Part shown: piece by piece, positions 27,738 to 37,584 of the stretch
Numbering within the stretch: the first letter of the stretch is position 1
Layout of the letters: the number at the start of each line of letters is the position of its first letter
Assembly: GCA_035531615.1 (NCBI GenBank)
Contig: DATKSQ010000093.1
Coordinates: 45,700-109,699 of the forward strand
DNA length: 64,000 nucleotides
Direction of reading: 5' to 3'
DNA from: Candidatus Binataceae bacterium
GTDB lineage: Bacteria; Desulfobacterota; Binatia; Binatales; Binataceae
Notes under the pieces: generated by a model
Told to the model about the DNA's origin: nothing
Databases searched by the model: none
Seen by the model: only the letters and a program-made list of their open reading frames with translations
Position numbers and translations under genes: made by a program

Positions 27738-30700
27738 TTGGATCCACTCGAAACCTATCTCGCGAAACTGCGCGATATTCATTCGACCGGCGCTGGCACG
27801 CCCGAGACCTCCTACTATCCGGCGCTGGAAGCGTTGTTCAGCGAAGTCGGCAGGATGCTCAAGCCGCGCGTGACTTGTGTGATGGGGCTCAAGCAGCAGG
27901 GTGCCGGGCTGCCTGACGGGGGGCTGTTCACGGCGGATCAGTTGCGCAACGCCGGCGGCGATCCGCCGATTTCGACGATCCCCGCGCGCGGCGCGATCGA
28001 GGTGAAGCCCGCCGCCGCGAGCCTCGGCGTCACCGTGCAATCCGATCAGGTGCGCCGTTATCTGCGCCGCTACCAGCAGGTGCTGGTCACCAACCTGCGC
28101 GAGTTCGTGCTGGTAGCGCGAGAGGAAGACGGCGAACCGCGGGAACTCGAGGGCTACCGGCTCGGCGGCGGCGGCGCGGAAGAATTCTGGGACAACGCTG
28201 TAGCTCATCCGCGCGCGGCGGCGAATCTCGATGACGGCGGCTTCGCGGAATTTATCCGCCGCGTGATACTTCATCCCGCTCCGCTCGCCGCGCCGAAAGA
28301 CGTCGCGTGGTTCCTCGCCTCGTATGCGCGCGAGGCGCTGCGCCGCATCGGCAAGCGCGACCTGCCCGCGCTGACCGCGATGCGGACGGCGCTCGAACAG
28401 GCGCTCGGCATCAAGTTCGAGAGCGAGAAGGGCGCGCACTTCTTCCGTTCGACCCTGGTGCAGACCCTCTTCTACGGCGTATTCGCCGCGTGGGTGCTAT
28501 GGCGCCGTGAGCGCGGCGCATCCGCCAAACGCGAACGCTTCAACTGGCGCCTGTCGGAGTATTCGCTGCGCGTGCCGATCGTAGCCGCGCTGTTCCATCA
28601 GGTTTCTTCTGTGAGCCAACTCGAGGAACTGCGCATCGTCGAGCCGCTCGATTGGGCCGGCAATGTGCTGAATCGCGTCGAGCCGGGACCGTTCTTCGAG
28701 GCCTTCGAGCAGCATCACGCGGTCCAGTATTTCTACGAGCCGTTCCTGCAAGCCTACGATCCCGAACTTCGCAAGCAACTTGGCGTCTGGTACACGCCGC
28801 CCGAGATTGTGACCTACATGGTCGAGCGCGTCGATTCGGTGCTGCGCTCGGAGCTCGGACTGGCGGACGGACTCGCCGACGACAGCGTGATCGTGCTCGA
28901 CCCGTGCTGCGGGACAGGCAGTTATATCGTCGAGGTGCTGCGCCGGATTCACGACACCATGAAAGAGAAGGGCGCCGACGCGCTAACCGCCAATCGGGTC
29001 AAAGCGGCGGCGACAAATCGCGTGTTCGGTTTCGAGATCATGCCCGCGCCGTTCGTGATCGCGCATTTGCAGATCGGGCTTGCGCTGCGGAATTTGGGCG
29101 CTCCGCTGTCCGACAAGACTAAGGAACGCGCCGGAGTTTATCTGACCAACGCGCTCACCGGATGGGAGCCGCCGGAAGGACCCAAGCAGCACATCCTCGC
29201 GATGCCGGAGCTCGAGGTCGAGCGCGACGCCGCCGACAAGGTCAAGCACGCACCCAAGATCCTAGTGATCCTGGGAAATCCCCCTTACAACGCATTTGAC
29301 GGGATTAGTCCTGACGAAGAAAAAGGGCTTCTCGAGCCTTATAAAGCAGGGCTGGTCGCGAAGTGGGGAATCAAGAAGTTCAACCTCGACGATCTCTACG
29401 TGCGATTCTTCCGGATGGCAGAGCGGAGAATCGCGGAGATGACCGGGCGCGGCGTCGTCGCGTTCATATCAAATTTTTCGTATCTCTCCGACCCTTCCTT
29501 CGTCGTCATGCGGCAGCGCTTCCTGTCAGAATTCGATCGAATCTGGATCGACTGCCTGAACGGCGACAGCCGCGAAACCGGAAAACTCACACCCGAGGGG
29601 CGGCCCGATCCGAGCGTCTTTTCGACCGAGCAGAACCGCGAAGGAATTCGGGTCGGAACCGCGATCGGCGTTCTGGTTCGGCGCGGCAAAAGCCAGAGTC
29701 CTGCCGCGATGGGGTTCCGCCAATTCTGGGGCACCTCGAAACGCGAAGACCTCTTGACGGGTCTGACCGCGGATAAGTTTGACACCCAGTATGCGAGCGT
29801 CGAGCCGTCAATCAAGAATCGCTACTCATTCCGGCCGTCTGAGGTCAGCGCCGCATATTCGTCTTGGCCGCGTGTCATCGATCTGTGCGCGATTCCGCCG
29901 AGCAACGGACTAATGGAAAAGCGCGGCGGCGCGCTCATCGACATCGACCCGGCGGCGCTCGAAAAGCGCATGCGCGCCTATTTGGATCGCAAGCTCGACT
30001 GGGAGGAATACAAAGCGCTTGGTTACGGCCTCACGGATGATCAGGCCGCCTTTGAACCGAAAAAGGCGAGAGAGCGAGCACGCTCACAGGAGGAGTTCGG
30101 CCGCTCGCGGATTGTCCGGTACGCGGTTCGCGCCTTCGATACGAGATGGTGCTACTACACAGACGTCAATCCCGTCTGGAATCGAGCGCGCCCAGCTTTG
30201 TGGGCGCAATTCTTCGAAGGTAACTCTTTCCTGACGACTCGCCCCGCAGGCGTAGCCCAACCGGAGGGCGTTCCGTTCTTCTTTACTCGCGCGCTGGGCG
30301 ACAATGACTTTCTCCGTGGTCATGCCTACTACTTCCCGCTCAAGATCAAAGGTCGAATCATGCGCGCTAATTTCGGAAAGGCTGCGCTGGAATATCTTGA
30401 GCAACTCAATGTCAATTCCGGCGACTCAACGGCCAGCGCGAGCGACCTGCTCTGGATGCACGCGCTGGCAGTCGGCTACTCGCCAGCTTATCTAACCGAG
30501 AACGCCGACGGCGTCCGCCAGGATTGGCCGCGGATTCCGCTGCCCAACTCACGTGAACTCCTTGCCGCCTCCGCCGAGCTTGGACGTAAGATTGCCGCGC
30601 TGCTTGATACCGAAAATCAGGTCGATACCGTTACCGCCGGGAAGCTCCGCGCCGACCTTGCCTCGATCGGGGCCATCGCGAGCTCTGGCGGCGGCAACCT

Positions 30701-31172
30701 CGATCCCGCCAAGGGTCATCTCGCCCTGACCGCCGGATGGGGTCATGCGGGCAAGGCCGGCGTCGTGATGCCGGCGCGGGGGCGAATTCTCAAGCGCGGT
30801 TACACGCAGGCCGAACGCGACGCGATTGCCGCTGGCGGCGCGACGATCGGACTCTCGGGCCACGACGCAATGGACCTGCTCGGGGCGGATACCTGTGACG
30901 TGTACCTCAACGACATCGCGTACTGGCGCAATATCCCGGCGCGTGTGTGGGAATACACGATCGGCGGCTATCAGGTGATCAAGAAATGGCTCAGCTACCG
31001 CGAGCGCGAATTGCTCCATCGCGATTTGACGCCGGAAGAAGTCGCGGAAGTGACCGCGATGGCGCGGCGGATCGCGGCGATTGTGCTGATGACCCCCGCG
31101 CTCGACGCGAACTATCAGGCCATCAAGGCGAACACCTACGCTTGGCCCGCGGCCGAGACACCTCGGGCTTAG
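27738..31172 (+). CDS. single-chain restriction-modification-like enzyme: PD-ExK-like N-terminus, gamma-class N6-adenine DNA methyltransferase, type-ISP-like C-terminal domain
   Basis: 1144 aa, TTG start. MTase motifs in the order X (GVWYTPPEIV, aa 349-358), I (LDPCCGTGS, aa 387-395), IV (NPPY, aa 514-517, nt 29277-29288). The N-terminus has LPD60GG...AIE88VK90P. The C-terminus has WEYTIGGYQVIKKWLSYRE. Confidence 0.8.
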   Translation: MDPLETYLAKLRDIHSTGAGTPETSYYPALEALFSEVGRMLKPRVTCVMGLKQQGAGLPDGGLFTADQLRNAGGDPPISTIPARGAIEVKPAAASLGVTVQSDQVRRYLRRYQQVLVTNLREFVLVAREEDGEPRELEGYRLGGGGAEEFWDNAVAHPRAAANLDDGGFAEFIRRVILHPAPLAAPKDVAWFLASYAREALRRIGKRDLPALTAMRTALEQALGIKFESEKGAHFFRSTLVQTLFYGVFAAWVLWRRERGASAKRERFNWRLSEYSLRVPIVAALFHQVSSVSQLEELRIVEPLDWAGNVLNRVEPGPFFEAFEQHHAVQYFYEPFLQAYDPELRKQLGVWYTPPEIVTYMVERVDSVLRSELGLADGLADDSVIVLDPCCGTGSYIVEVLRRIHDTMKEKGADALTANRVKAAATNRVFGFEIMPAPFVIAHLQIGLALRNLGAPLSDKTKERAGVYLTNALTGWEPPEGPKQHILAMPELEVERDAADKVKHAPKILVILGNPPYNAFDGISPDEEKGLLEPYKAGLVAKWGIKKFNLDDLYVRFFRMAERRIAEMTGRGVVAFISNFSYLSDPSFVVMRQRFLSEFDRIWIDCLNGDSRETGKLTPEGRPDPSVFSTEQNREGIRVGTAIGVLVRRGKSQSPAAMGFRQFWGTSKREDLLTGLTADKFDTQYASVEPSIKNRYSFRPSEVSAAYSSWPRVIDLCAIPPSNGLMEKRGGALIDIDPAALEKRMRAYLDRKLDWEEYKALGYGLTDDQAAFEPKKARERARSQEEFGRSRIVRYAVRAFDTRWCYYTDVNPVWNRARPALWAQFFEGNSFLTTRPAGVAQPEGVPFFFTRALGDNDFLRGHAYYFPLKIKGRIMRANFGKAALEYLEQLNVNSGDSTASASDLLWMHALAVGYSPAYLTENADGVRQDWPRIPLPNSRELLAASAELGRKIAALLDTENQVDTVTAGKLRADLASIGAIASSGGGNLDPAKGHLALTAGWGHAGKAGVVMPARGRILKRGYTQAERDAIAAGGATIGLSGHDAMDLLGADTCDVYLNDIAYWRNIPARVWEYTIGGYQVIKKWLSYRERELLHRDLTPEEVAEVTAMARRIAAIVLMTPALDANYQAIKANTYAWPAAETPRA

Positions 31173-31187
31173 GACGAGGGCCTATCG

Positions 31188-31231
31188 TAAGGACATCCCG
31201 GCTATTCCGATCGCGCTATCGCCGCCGCGCG
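31188..31231 (+). repeat. direct repeat Ra, right copy
   Basis: taaggacatcccggctattccgatcgcgctatcgccgccgcgcgg, 16 nt after the RM-like gene stop. Confidence 0.7.
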
Positions 31232-31246
31232 GTTAAGAATCCTGAG

Positions 31247-31286
31247 ATCGATCTAACCCCTACCCCTTCCCGCACGGGAAGGGGAA
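31247..31286 (-). repeat. 40-bp hairpin repeat, second copy
   Basis: Its reverse complement equals 21315-21354 except for one base. Confidence 0.8.
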
Positions 31287-31322
31287 TTACCAGCGTGGCG
31301 TGAGCAATCGCTCGGAACCATC

Positions 31323-31458
31323 TCGCGGCGCGGCCATCCAGAATCTCACTCTGGCGGTCCCTCACCCTCGCGTCACGGCGATTGCTGAAAAGAGCAATCG
31401 CCGCGCCGCGTTCCCTCTCCCAGTCTTTTGGGAGAGGGACAATCAAAAATCGCGCGCG
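31323..31458 (+). repeat. direct repeat Rb, right copy
   Basis: See 27516-27654. Confidence 0.85.
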
Positions 31459-31639
31459 GCGGCGAGTGCTCCGATCCGCGCCGTTGCTGCCATCGCGGAT
31501 GGGGTTGCGTGGCGCTGGAATCCTTGCGTGGTTCCTATATGATTAGCGGAGTCGAATAATTCGCCGGCGTCCGATTAGCGCGGCTGCTGGGGCGCCGGGC
31601 GCGGAATCACCGCATCGAAAGCAAAACTTTTAAGGACAA

Positions 31640-32899
31640 GTGACAAACGACATGGCTTACAAGTACATCAAGGTTCCCGCCGACGGGCAGAAGATCACCC
31701 TCGGTAAAAATCAGGCGCTGAACGTTCCCGACCGCCCGATTATCCCGTTTATCGAAGGCGACGGCACCGGTCCCGACATCTGGCGCGCGTCGCAATATGT
31801 CTTCGACAAGGCGGTCGAAAAAGTTTATGGCGGCAAGCGCAAGATCGCATGGATGGAAGTCTATGCCGGCGAGAAGCCGTTCAAGCAGCAGAACTCGTGG
31901 CTGCCCGACGAGACGGTCGAAGCCTTCAAGGAATTTCTGGTCGGTATCAAAGGCCCCCTGACCACTCCGATCGGCGGCGGAATCCGCTCGCTCAACGTCG
32001 CGCTGCGCCAGATGCTCGACCTCTACGTATGCCTGCGGCCGGTGCGCTACTTCGCAGGCGTGCCGAGTCCGGTCAAGCATCCCGAGAAACTCGACGTCGT
32101 GATCTTCCGCGAGAACACCGAGGACATCTACGCGGGAATCGAATGGCCCGCCGAATCGCCCGAAGCGAAAAAGCTGATCAAGTTCCTGCGCGAGGACATG
32201 GGCGTCAAGAATATCCGCTTCCCCGAGACTTCCGGCATCGGCATCAAGCCGGTCTCGCGCGAAGGCTCCGAGCGCCTGATTCGCGCCGCGCTCGAATATG
32301 CGATCCGGCGCAAGCGCAAGAGCGTGACCTTCGTCCACAAGGGCAACATCATGAAGTTCACCGAAGGCGCGTTCCGCGACTGGGGCTATGAACTGGTGCG
32401 GCGCGAATACAAGGGCAGGGCGATAGGTTGGGACGACTGCGGCGGCAATGCGCCGGCCGGGCAAATCCTGGTCAAGGATGCGATCGCGGATATCACCCTT
32501 CAGCAGGTGCTCACGCGGCCCGAGGAATTCGATGTCGTCGCGACCATGAATCTAAACGGCGACTTTCTCTCCGACGCGCTGGCGGCGCAGGTCGGCGGAA
32601 TCGGAATCGCGCCAGGCGCGAATATCAACTACCTGACCGGCCACGCGATCTTCGAGGCGACGCATGGCACCGCGCCCAAGTACGCCAATCAGGACAAGGT
32701 CAATCCGGGCTCGGTGATTTTGTCGGGCGTGATGATGTTCGAGCATCTGGGATGGCAGGAGGCGGCCGACGGGATCGTGCGCGGACTTCAAAAGGCGATC
32801 GCGAACAAAACCGTCACCTACGATTTCGAGCGCCAGATGACCGGCGCCAAGCTGCTCAAGTGCTCGGAGTTCGGCAAGGCGATTGTCGATAACATCTGA
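31640..32899 (+). CDS. icd: NADP-dependent isocitrate dehydrogenase
   Basis: [22 protein letters not shown], and [26 protein letters not shown] motifs. 419 aa. GTG start 5 nt after AAGGA. Confidence 0.9.
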   Translation: MTNDMAYKYIKVPADGQKITLGKNQALNVPDRPIIPFIEGDGTGPDIWRASQYVFDKAVEKVYGGKRKIAWMEVYAGEKPFKQQNSWLPDETVEAFKEFLVGIKGPLTTPIGGGIRSLNVALRQMLDLYVCLRPVRYFAGVPSPVKHPEKLDVVIFRENTEDIYAGIEWPAESPEAKKLIKFLREDMGVKNIRFPETSGIGIKPVSREGSERLIRAALEYAIRRKRKSVTFVHKGNIMKFTEGAFRDWGYELVRREYKGRAIGWDDCGGNAPAGQILVKDAIADITLQQVLTRPEEFDVVATMNLNGDFLSDALAAQVGGIGIAPGANINYLTGHAIFEATHGTAPKYANQDKVNPGSVILSGVMMFEHLGWQEAADGIVRGLQKAIANKTVTYDFERQMTGAKLLKCSEFGKAIVDNI

Positions 32900-32924
32900 G
32901 GCGTCGCGATTCGGTTGACCCGAT

Positions 32925-32984
32925 CCGGGACCGGCCCGTCCGCGCGGCGCGCTGGTCCCGCGACGTTTTGATGTTTTGATGGTT
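32925..32984 (+). terminator. possible terminator after icd
   Basis: cgggacc (32925-32931) pairs with ggtcccg (32953-32959), followed by the T-rich ttttgatgttttgatggttt. The loop is long and the structure weak. Confidence 0.3.
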
Positions 32985-32998
32985 TGGGCTAACGCGAC

Positions 32999-33775
32999 AT
33001 GCGGCCAGGAATCAGGATCACTGCGCTCCTCACCTCGATCCGGATCGCCGCTGGCGCCGCCGCCTTGACGCTCGCGATGGCCGGATGCTCGTCCGGTGCG
33101 GCGCCGGGAATGCATCTCGGCGCGCTCGGCGGCAAACCTGCTCCGCCCCCGGCGGTCGCGCTCGCTCTCGAGACCGGGTTCCTGCCCGATCCGGCGCGGA
33201 TGTCCGCAAACAGCCGCTATCCATTCGCAGAGTCCTGGGTAGAGCCGGGCGCGGATTTCCATAGCTACAGCAAGATCATGCTGGCGCCCGTGAGCCTCGA
33301 GCACTTGCAGCCGCCGGCGTCCGGCAGTGACGCGGACGCGAACCAAGACAACAAGCCCGCCGCGCTCGACGCGGCGATCTTCGCGGGCGACGCGCTAAAT
33401 AGCGCGATCCAGCAGGATTCGGCCCATCGCTTTACGGCGGCGAGCAGCCCCGATGCGAAAACGGTCATCGTCGAGATGGCGATCGTCGAGCTCGAGCCCA
33501 ACCGGGCGGACATCGCCGCTTCGTCGCTTGGCATGGCGACTTACGCATCGGTGGCGGCGGCGCTCGAAAGCCGATCCAAACACACCGGCCGCGGATCGGT
33601 CGGCATGGAAATGATCTTGCGCGACGGACGCACCAATCAGGTGATTGCGATTTTCGCCGACACGCGCCGCGCCGATGCTCCCGCGGGTGAAGCGAAAATC
33701 ACGCCCGGCTACGGTTTCGCCGACCCGATCGTCGGCGAGTGGATGCGCCAGACGATCGCGATGCTCGCCTCGTGA
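32999..33775 (+). CDS. putative lipoprotein (DUF3313-like)
   Basis: Signal peptide with lipobox LAMAGCSS. 258 aa. The family resemblance is tentative. Confidence 0.45.
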   Translation: MRPGIRITALLTSIRIAAGAAALTLAMAGCSSGAAPGMHLGALGGKPAPPPAVALALETGFLPDPARMSANSRYPFAESWVEPGADFHSYSKIMLAPVSLEHLQPPASGSDADANQDNKPAALDAAIFAGDALNSAIQQDSAHRFTAASSPDAKTVIVEMAIVELEPNRADIAASSLGMATYASVAAALESRSKHTGRGSVGMEMILRDGRTNQVIAIFADTRRADAPAGEAKITPGYGFADPIVGEWMRQTIAMLAS

Positions 33776-33778
33776 GCG

Positions 33779-33804
33779 CGCGCGCCGGCAGAAGCCGGCG
33801 CGCG
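33779..33804. terminator. GC-rich hairpin between convergent genes (possible bidirectional terminator)
   Basis: cgcgcgccggc-agaa-gccggcgcgcg, a perfect 11-bp stem. No T-run. Confidence 0.4.
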
Positions 33805-33864
33805 ATGGCTATTCCCGGACGGTTCCTCGCGCCCGCTTCCGTTGCGGAACCGCTAACCGCTTTC

Positions 33865-35580
33865 TCAGTGGATGGCGTAGAGATTCCCGTTGGACGAGCC
33901 GATGTAAATTGTGCCGTCGCCACCTACCGCCGGCGAGGAATAAACATTGCCACCGGTGGCAAACTTCCACTTCTGTCTGCCGTTGGGGTTGACTGCGTAG
34001 AGATTGTGATCGTCCGAGCCGACGTAAATTGCGCCGTCGGCACCTACCGCCGGCGAGGAGTCAACAAGTCCGCCGGTAGCAAAATGCCACTTTTCCGTGC
34101 CCTCCGGATTCACCGCGTAGAGATGTTCGTCCTCCGAGCCGACATAAATGGTGCCATCGGCGCCCACTGCCGGCGCGGAGTCAACATAGAGGCCGGTGGC
34201 GAACTTCCACTTCTGGCTGCCCTCCGCATTGATCGCGTAAAGATTACCGTCCTGTGAGCCGACGTAAATTGTGCCGTCGGTGCCCACCGCCGGCGAGGAG
34301 TAAACACTGTTTCCGGTGGCGAACTTCCACCTCTGGCTGCCGTCTGGGTTGATCGCGTAGAGATTGTCGTCCTCCGAGCCGACGTAAATTGTGCCGTCGG
34401 CGCTCACCGCCGGCGAGGAGTAAACGGGCTTGCCGGTGGCGAACTTCCACTTCTGGCTGCCGTCCGGATTGACCGCGTAGAGATTGTCATCGTCCGAGCC
34501 GACGTAAATTGTGCCGTCGGCGCCTACGGTCGGAGAGGAGAAAATATAGCTTCCGGTGGCGAACTTCCACTTCTCGCTGCCGTTGGGGTTGATCGCGTAG
34601 AGATTGAAATCTTCCGAGCCGACGTAGATGCTGCCGTCGGTGCCCACCGTCGGCGAGGAATCAACACCGCCGCCGGTGGCGAACTGCCACTTCTGGCTGC
34701 CGTCGGGGTTGACCGCGTAGAGATTGCCGGCGAGATTATTGCTGTCTACCGAGCCGACGTAGATGCTGCCGTCGGCGGCTACCGCCGCCGAGGACTGAAG
34801 ATAGTCGGTTGCGAACATCCACTTCTGGCTGCCGGTGTCGGCACTGGTGTCAACCGGGCTCCTGCCAGTATGGAGCGCGTCGTGACGAAACATCGGCCAG
34901 GCTGATGCGCCGGGCGTCGGAGTTGGCGTTGCGGTCGGTGTGGCAGGCGGCGGCGCCTTCTTCTGCTTCTTCTGTTTGACGTTCGCGTGTAGGGCCACGG
35001 TCGCCAAGGTTTTGCCGCTGGTCGCGTTACTGCTGATGCTGATGGTCCCGTCAACGTTCTTAAGGGGTTCGCTGGCGTTGAACTCCACGTCCACGGTGAG
35101 TATGTTGTTCGTGCCCTTTCCTTTGCCTGGAATCGTGGTTGCCCCGCCGCCCGACGTGATGACGTAACTCGAAGCGGTGGGCGCGCCGACGGTTAACTCC
35201 AGCGCCAGCGTCCCGTTGTTCTTGATCTCGAAATGCTTGGTCTCGGAGAATTTGCCCTGGTCGAGATAGCCGCTGTAACTCAGCTTCTTGGGCGAGACCT
35301 CAAGTTTACTTACGGGTGCCTTGGCGTCTGGTGACGAATATTCATCCGACTGCGCCAATGCCAGACGCGTCAGCGCGGCCAGCAGAAGCACCAGCGAGAA
35401 AGCCAGCCCTGCGGTGAACCACGCCAACGACCTGTAGCGCCCTGTGAAGCCGAAGTCGCCCCGTTTGAAGCGGCTATATTCGATTTGATGCGAAGTATGC
35501 GTTTTCACACCTTCGTTAGGCGGTTCATACGGCAAATCGCGCCATATCGCAAGGGCGTGAGCGTCCTCTTTCTGGCGCAT
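33865..35580 (-). CDS. membrane-anchored protein with Ig-like/ASH-like domain and 8-bladed PQQ-like beta-propeller
   Basis: N-terminal TM (LAWFTAGLAFSLVLLLAAL), PT-rich linker, then eight repeats of about 40 aa (DGTIYVGSxDxNLYAINPDGSQKWKFATG). ATG at 35580 preferred over the track start at 35730. Confidence 0.75.
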   Translation of the reverse strand: MRQKEDAHALAIWRDLPYEPPNEGVKTHTSHQIEYSRFKRGDFGFTGRYRSLAWFTAGLAFSLVLLLAALTRLALAQSDEYSSPDAKAPVSKLEVSPKKLSYSGYLDQGKFSETKHFEIKNNGTLALELTVGAPTASSYVITSGGGATTIPGKGKGTNNILTVDVEFNASEPLKNVDGTISISSNATSGKTLATVALHANVKQKKQKKAPPPATPTATPTPTPGASAWPMFRHDALHTGRSPVDTSADTGSQKWMFATDYLQSSAAVAADGSIYVGSVDSNNLAGNLYAVNPDGSQKWQFATGGGVDSSPTVGTDGSIYVGSEDFNLYAINPNGSEKWKFATGSYIFSSPTVGADGTIYVGSDDDNLYAVNPDGSQKWKFATGKPVYSSPAVSADGTIYVGSEDDNLYAINPDGSQRWKFATGNSVYSSPAVGTDGTIYVGSQDGNLYAINAEGSQKWKFATGLYVDSAPAVGADGTIYVGSEDEHLYAVNPEGTEKWHFATGGLVDSSPAVGADGAIYVGSDDHNLYAVNPNGRQKWKFATGGNVYSSPAVGGDGTIYIGSSNGNLYAIH

Positions 35581-35868
35581 GCTGCGGTCGCCATTGAGAC
35601 GCTGTCCCACACGGTGATCGTGACGGGGTTGGCGTGGGCGGATAAGGCGCTGTAAGCCGAGCGCGCAGCGTTGTGTGGGGCGCGCGCGATCGCTGGAGCC
35701 GCTGCCGTCGGCCGACAGCGGCGCCGTCACCCGAGGGGTCCGAATCGATCGCGCGCGGATTTCTGAGGTCCAAGGCGCGCGGCGGCTTCACTTCCATGCC
35801 GAACGCTGCTATTTAACTCCACGCCTGTGGCGATTGCGGGATGGCTCGGCACGCCGCATCACTTAAGA

Positions 35869-35898
35869 TTGCCTGATTAACCAGAATGCGACTATAAG
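35869..35898 (+). promoter_or_regulatory. candidate sigma-70-type promoter for mdh
   Basis: TTGCCT, 18 nt spacer, TATAAG, about 43 nt upstream of the mdh GTG. Confidence 0.25.
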
Positions 35899-35901
35899 TA
35901 A

Positions 35902-36885
<984 letters not shown>

Positions 36886-36902
36886 CGGGAAAGAAGAGAG
36901 TT

Positions 36903-37571
36903 ATGGCTGAACCAGATTCGATATCGACGCCCGCGCCGGCCTCCGGGATGACCGCGGGTGAGCGGCACTGGCTGTTGCGCAGACTGCATTCGTTGTCGGG
37001 GATAATTCCGATCGGCGGCTTTCTGTTTTTCCACCTGTTCGAAAATTCCTACGTGCTGCAAGGCGCGCAGATGTGGTGGAAAGATACCGAGTTCACGCGC
37101 ACGCTGCCGTTTGAGATTTTTATCGAGGCGGCGGTGCTATGGATTCCGATCACCTACCACATGATTTACGGGCTGGTGATCACGGCGACTTCGGCGCCCA
37201 ACAACTCGAACTACGCCTATCCGCGCAACTTGCAGTACACCCTGCAACGCGCGACCGGAATTGTGGCGCTGCTGTTCATCCTGTTTCACTTCTTCACGAC
37301 CCGCGGATGGTTCTACCTGACCGGGGTCGAGACCAACTATGCGCGGATGCATGCGTTCATGATGAACCCCGTGATCCTGGCGATCTACCTAATCGGCACG
37401 GTCGCCTGCGTTTATCATCTGTGCAACGGAATTTTCACCTTCTCGATTACCTGGGGACTGGTGGGCGGCCCGCGCTCGCAGCGGCTGGTAGATCGGGCCT
37501 GCGTGGCCCTGTTTATCGTGCTCGCGATCGTCAGCGTGAGCATCCTGGTTTCCTTCCGCGCGCCGGTTTAG
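36903..37571 (+). CDS. sdhC: succinate dehydrogenase cytochrome b558 subunit
   Basis: 222 aa, five predicted TM helices with conserved His. Position immediately upstream of sdhA. Confidence 0.75.
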   Translation: MAEPDSISTPAPASGMTAGERHWLLRRLHSLSGIIPIGGFLFFHLFENSYVLQGAQMWWKDTEFTRTLPFEIFIEAAVLWIPITYHMIYGLVITATSAPNNSNYAYPRNLQYTLQRATGIVALLFILFHFFTTRGWFYLTGVETNYARMHAFMMNPVILAIYLIGTVACVYHLCNGIFTFSITWGLVGGPRSQRLVDRACVALFIVLAIVSVSILVSFRAPV

Positions 37572-37584
37572 GAGAGACAGCATC

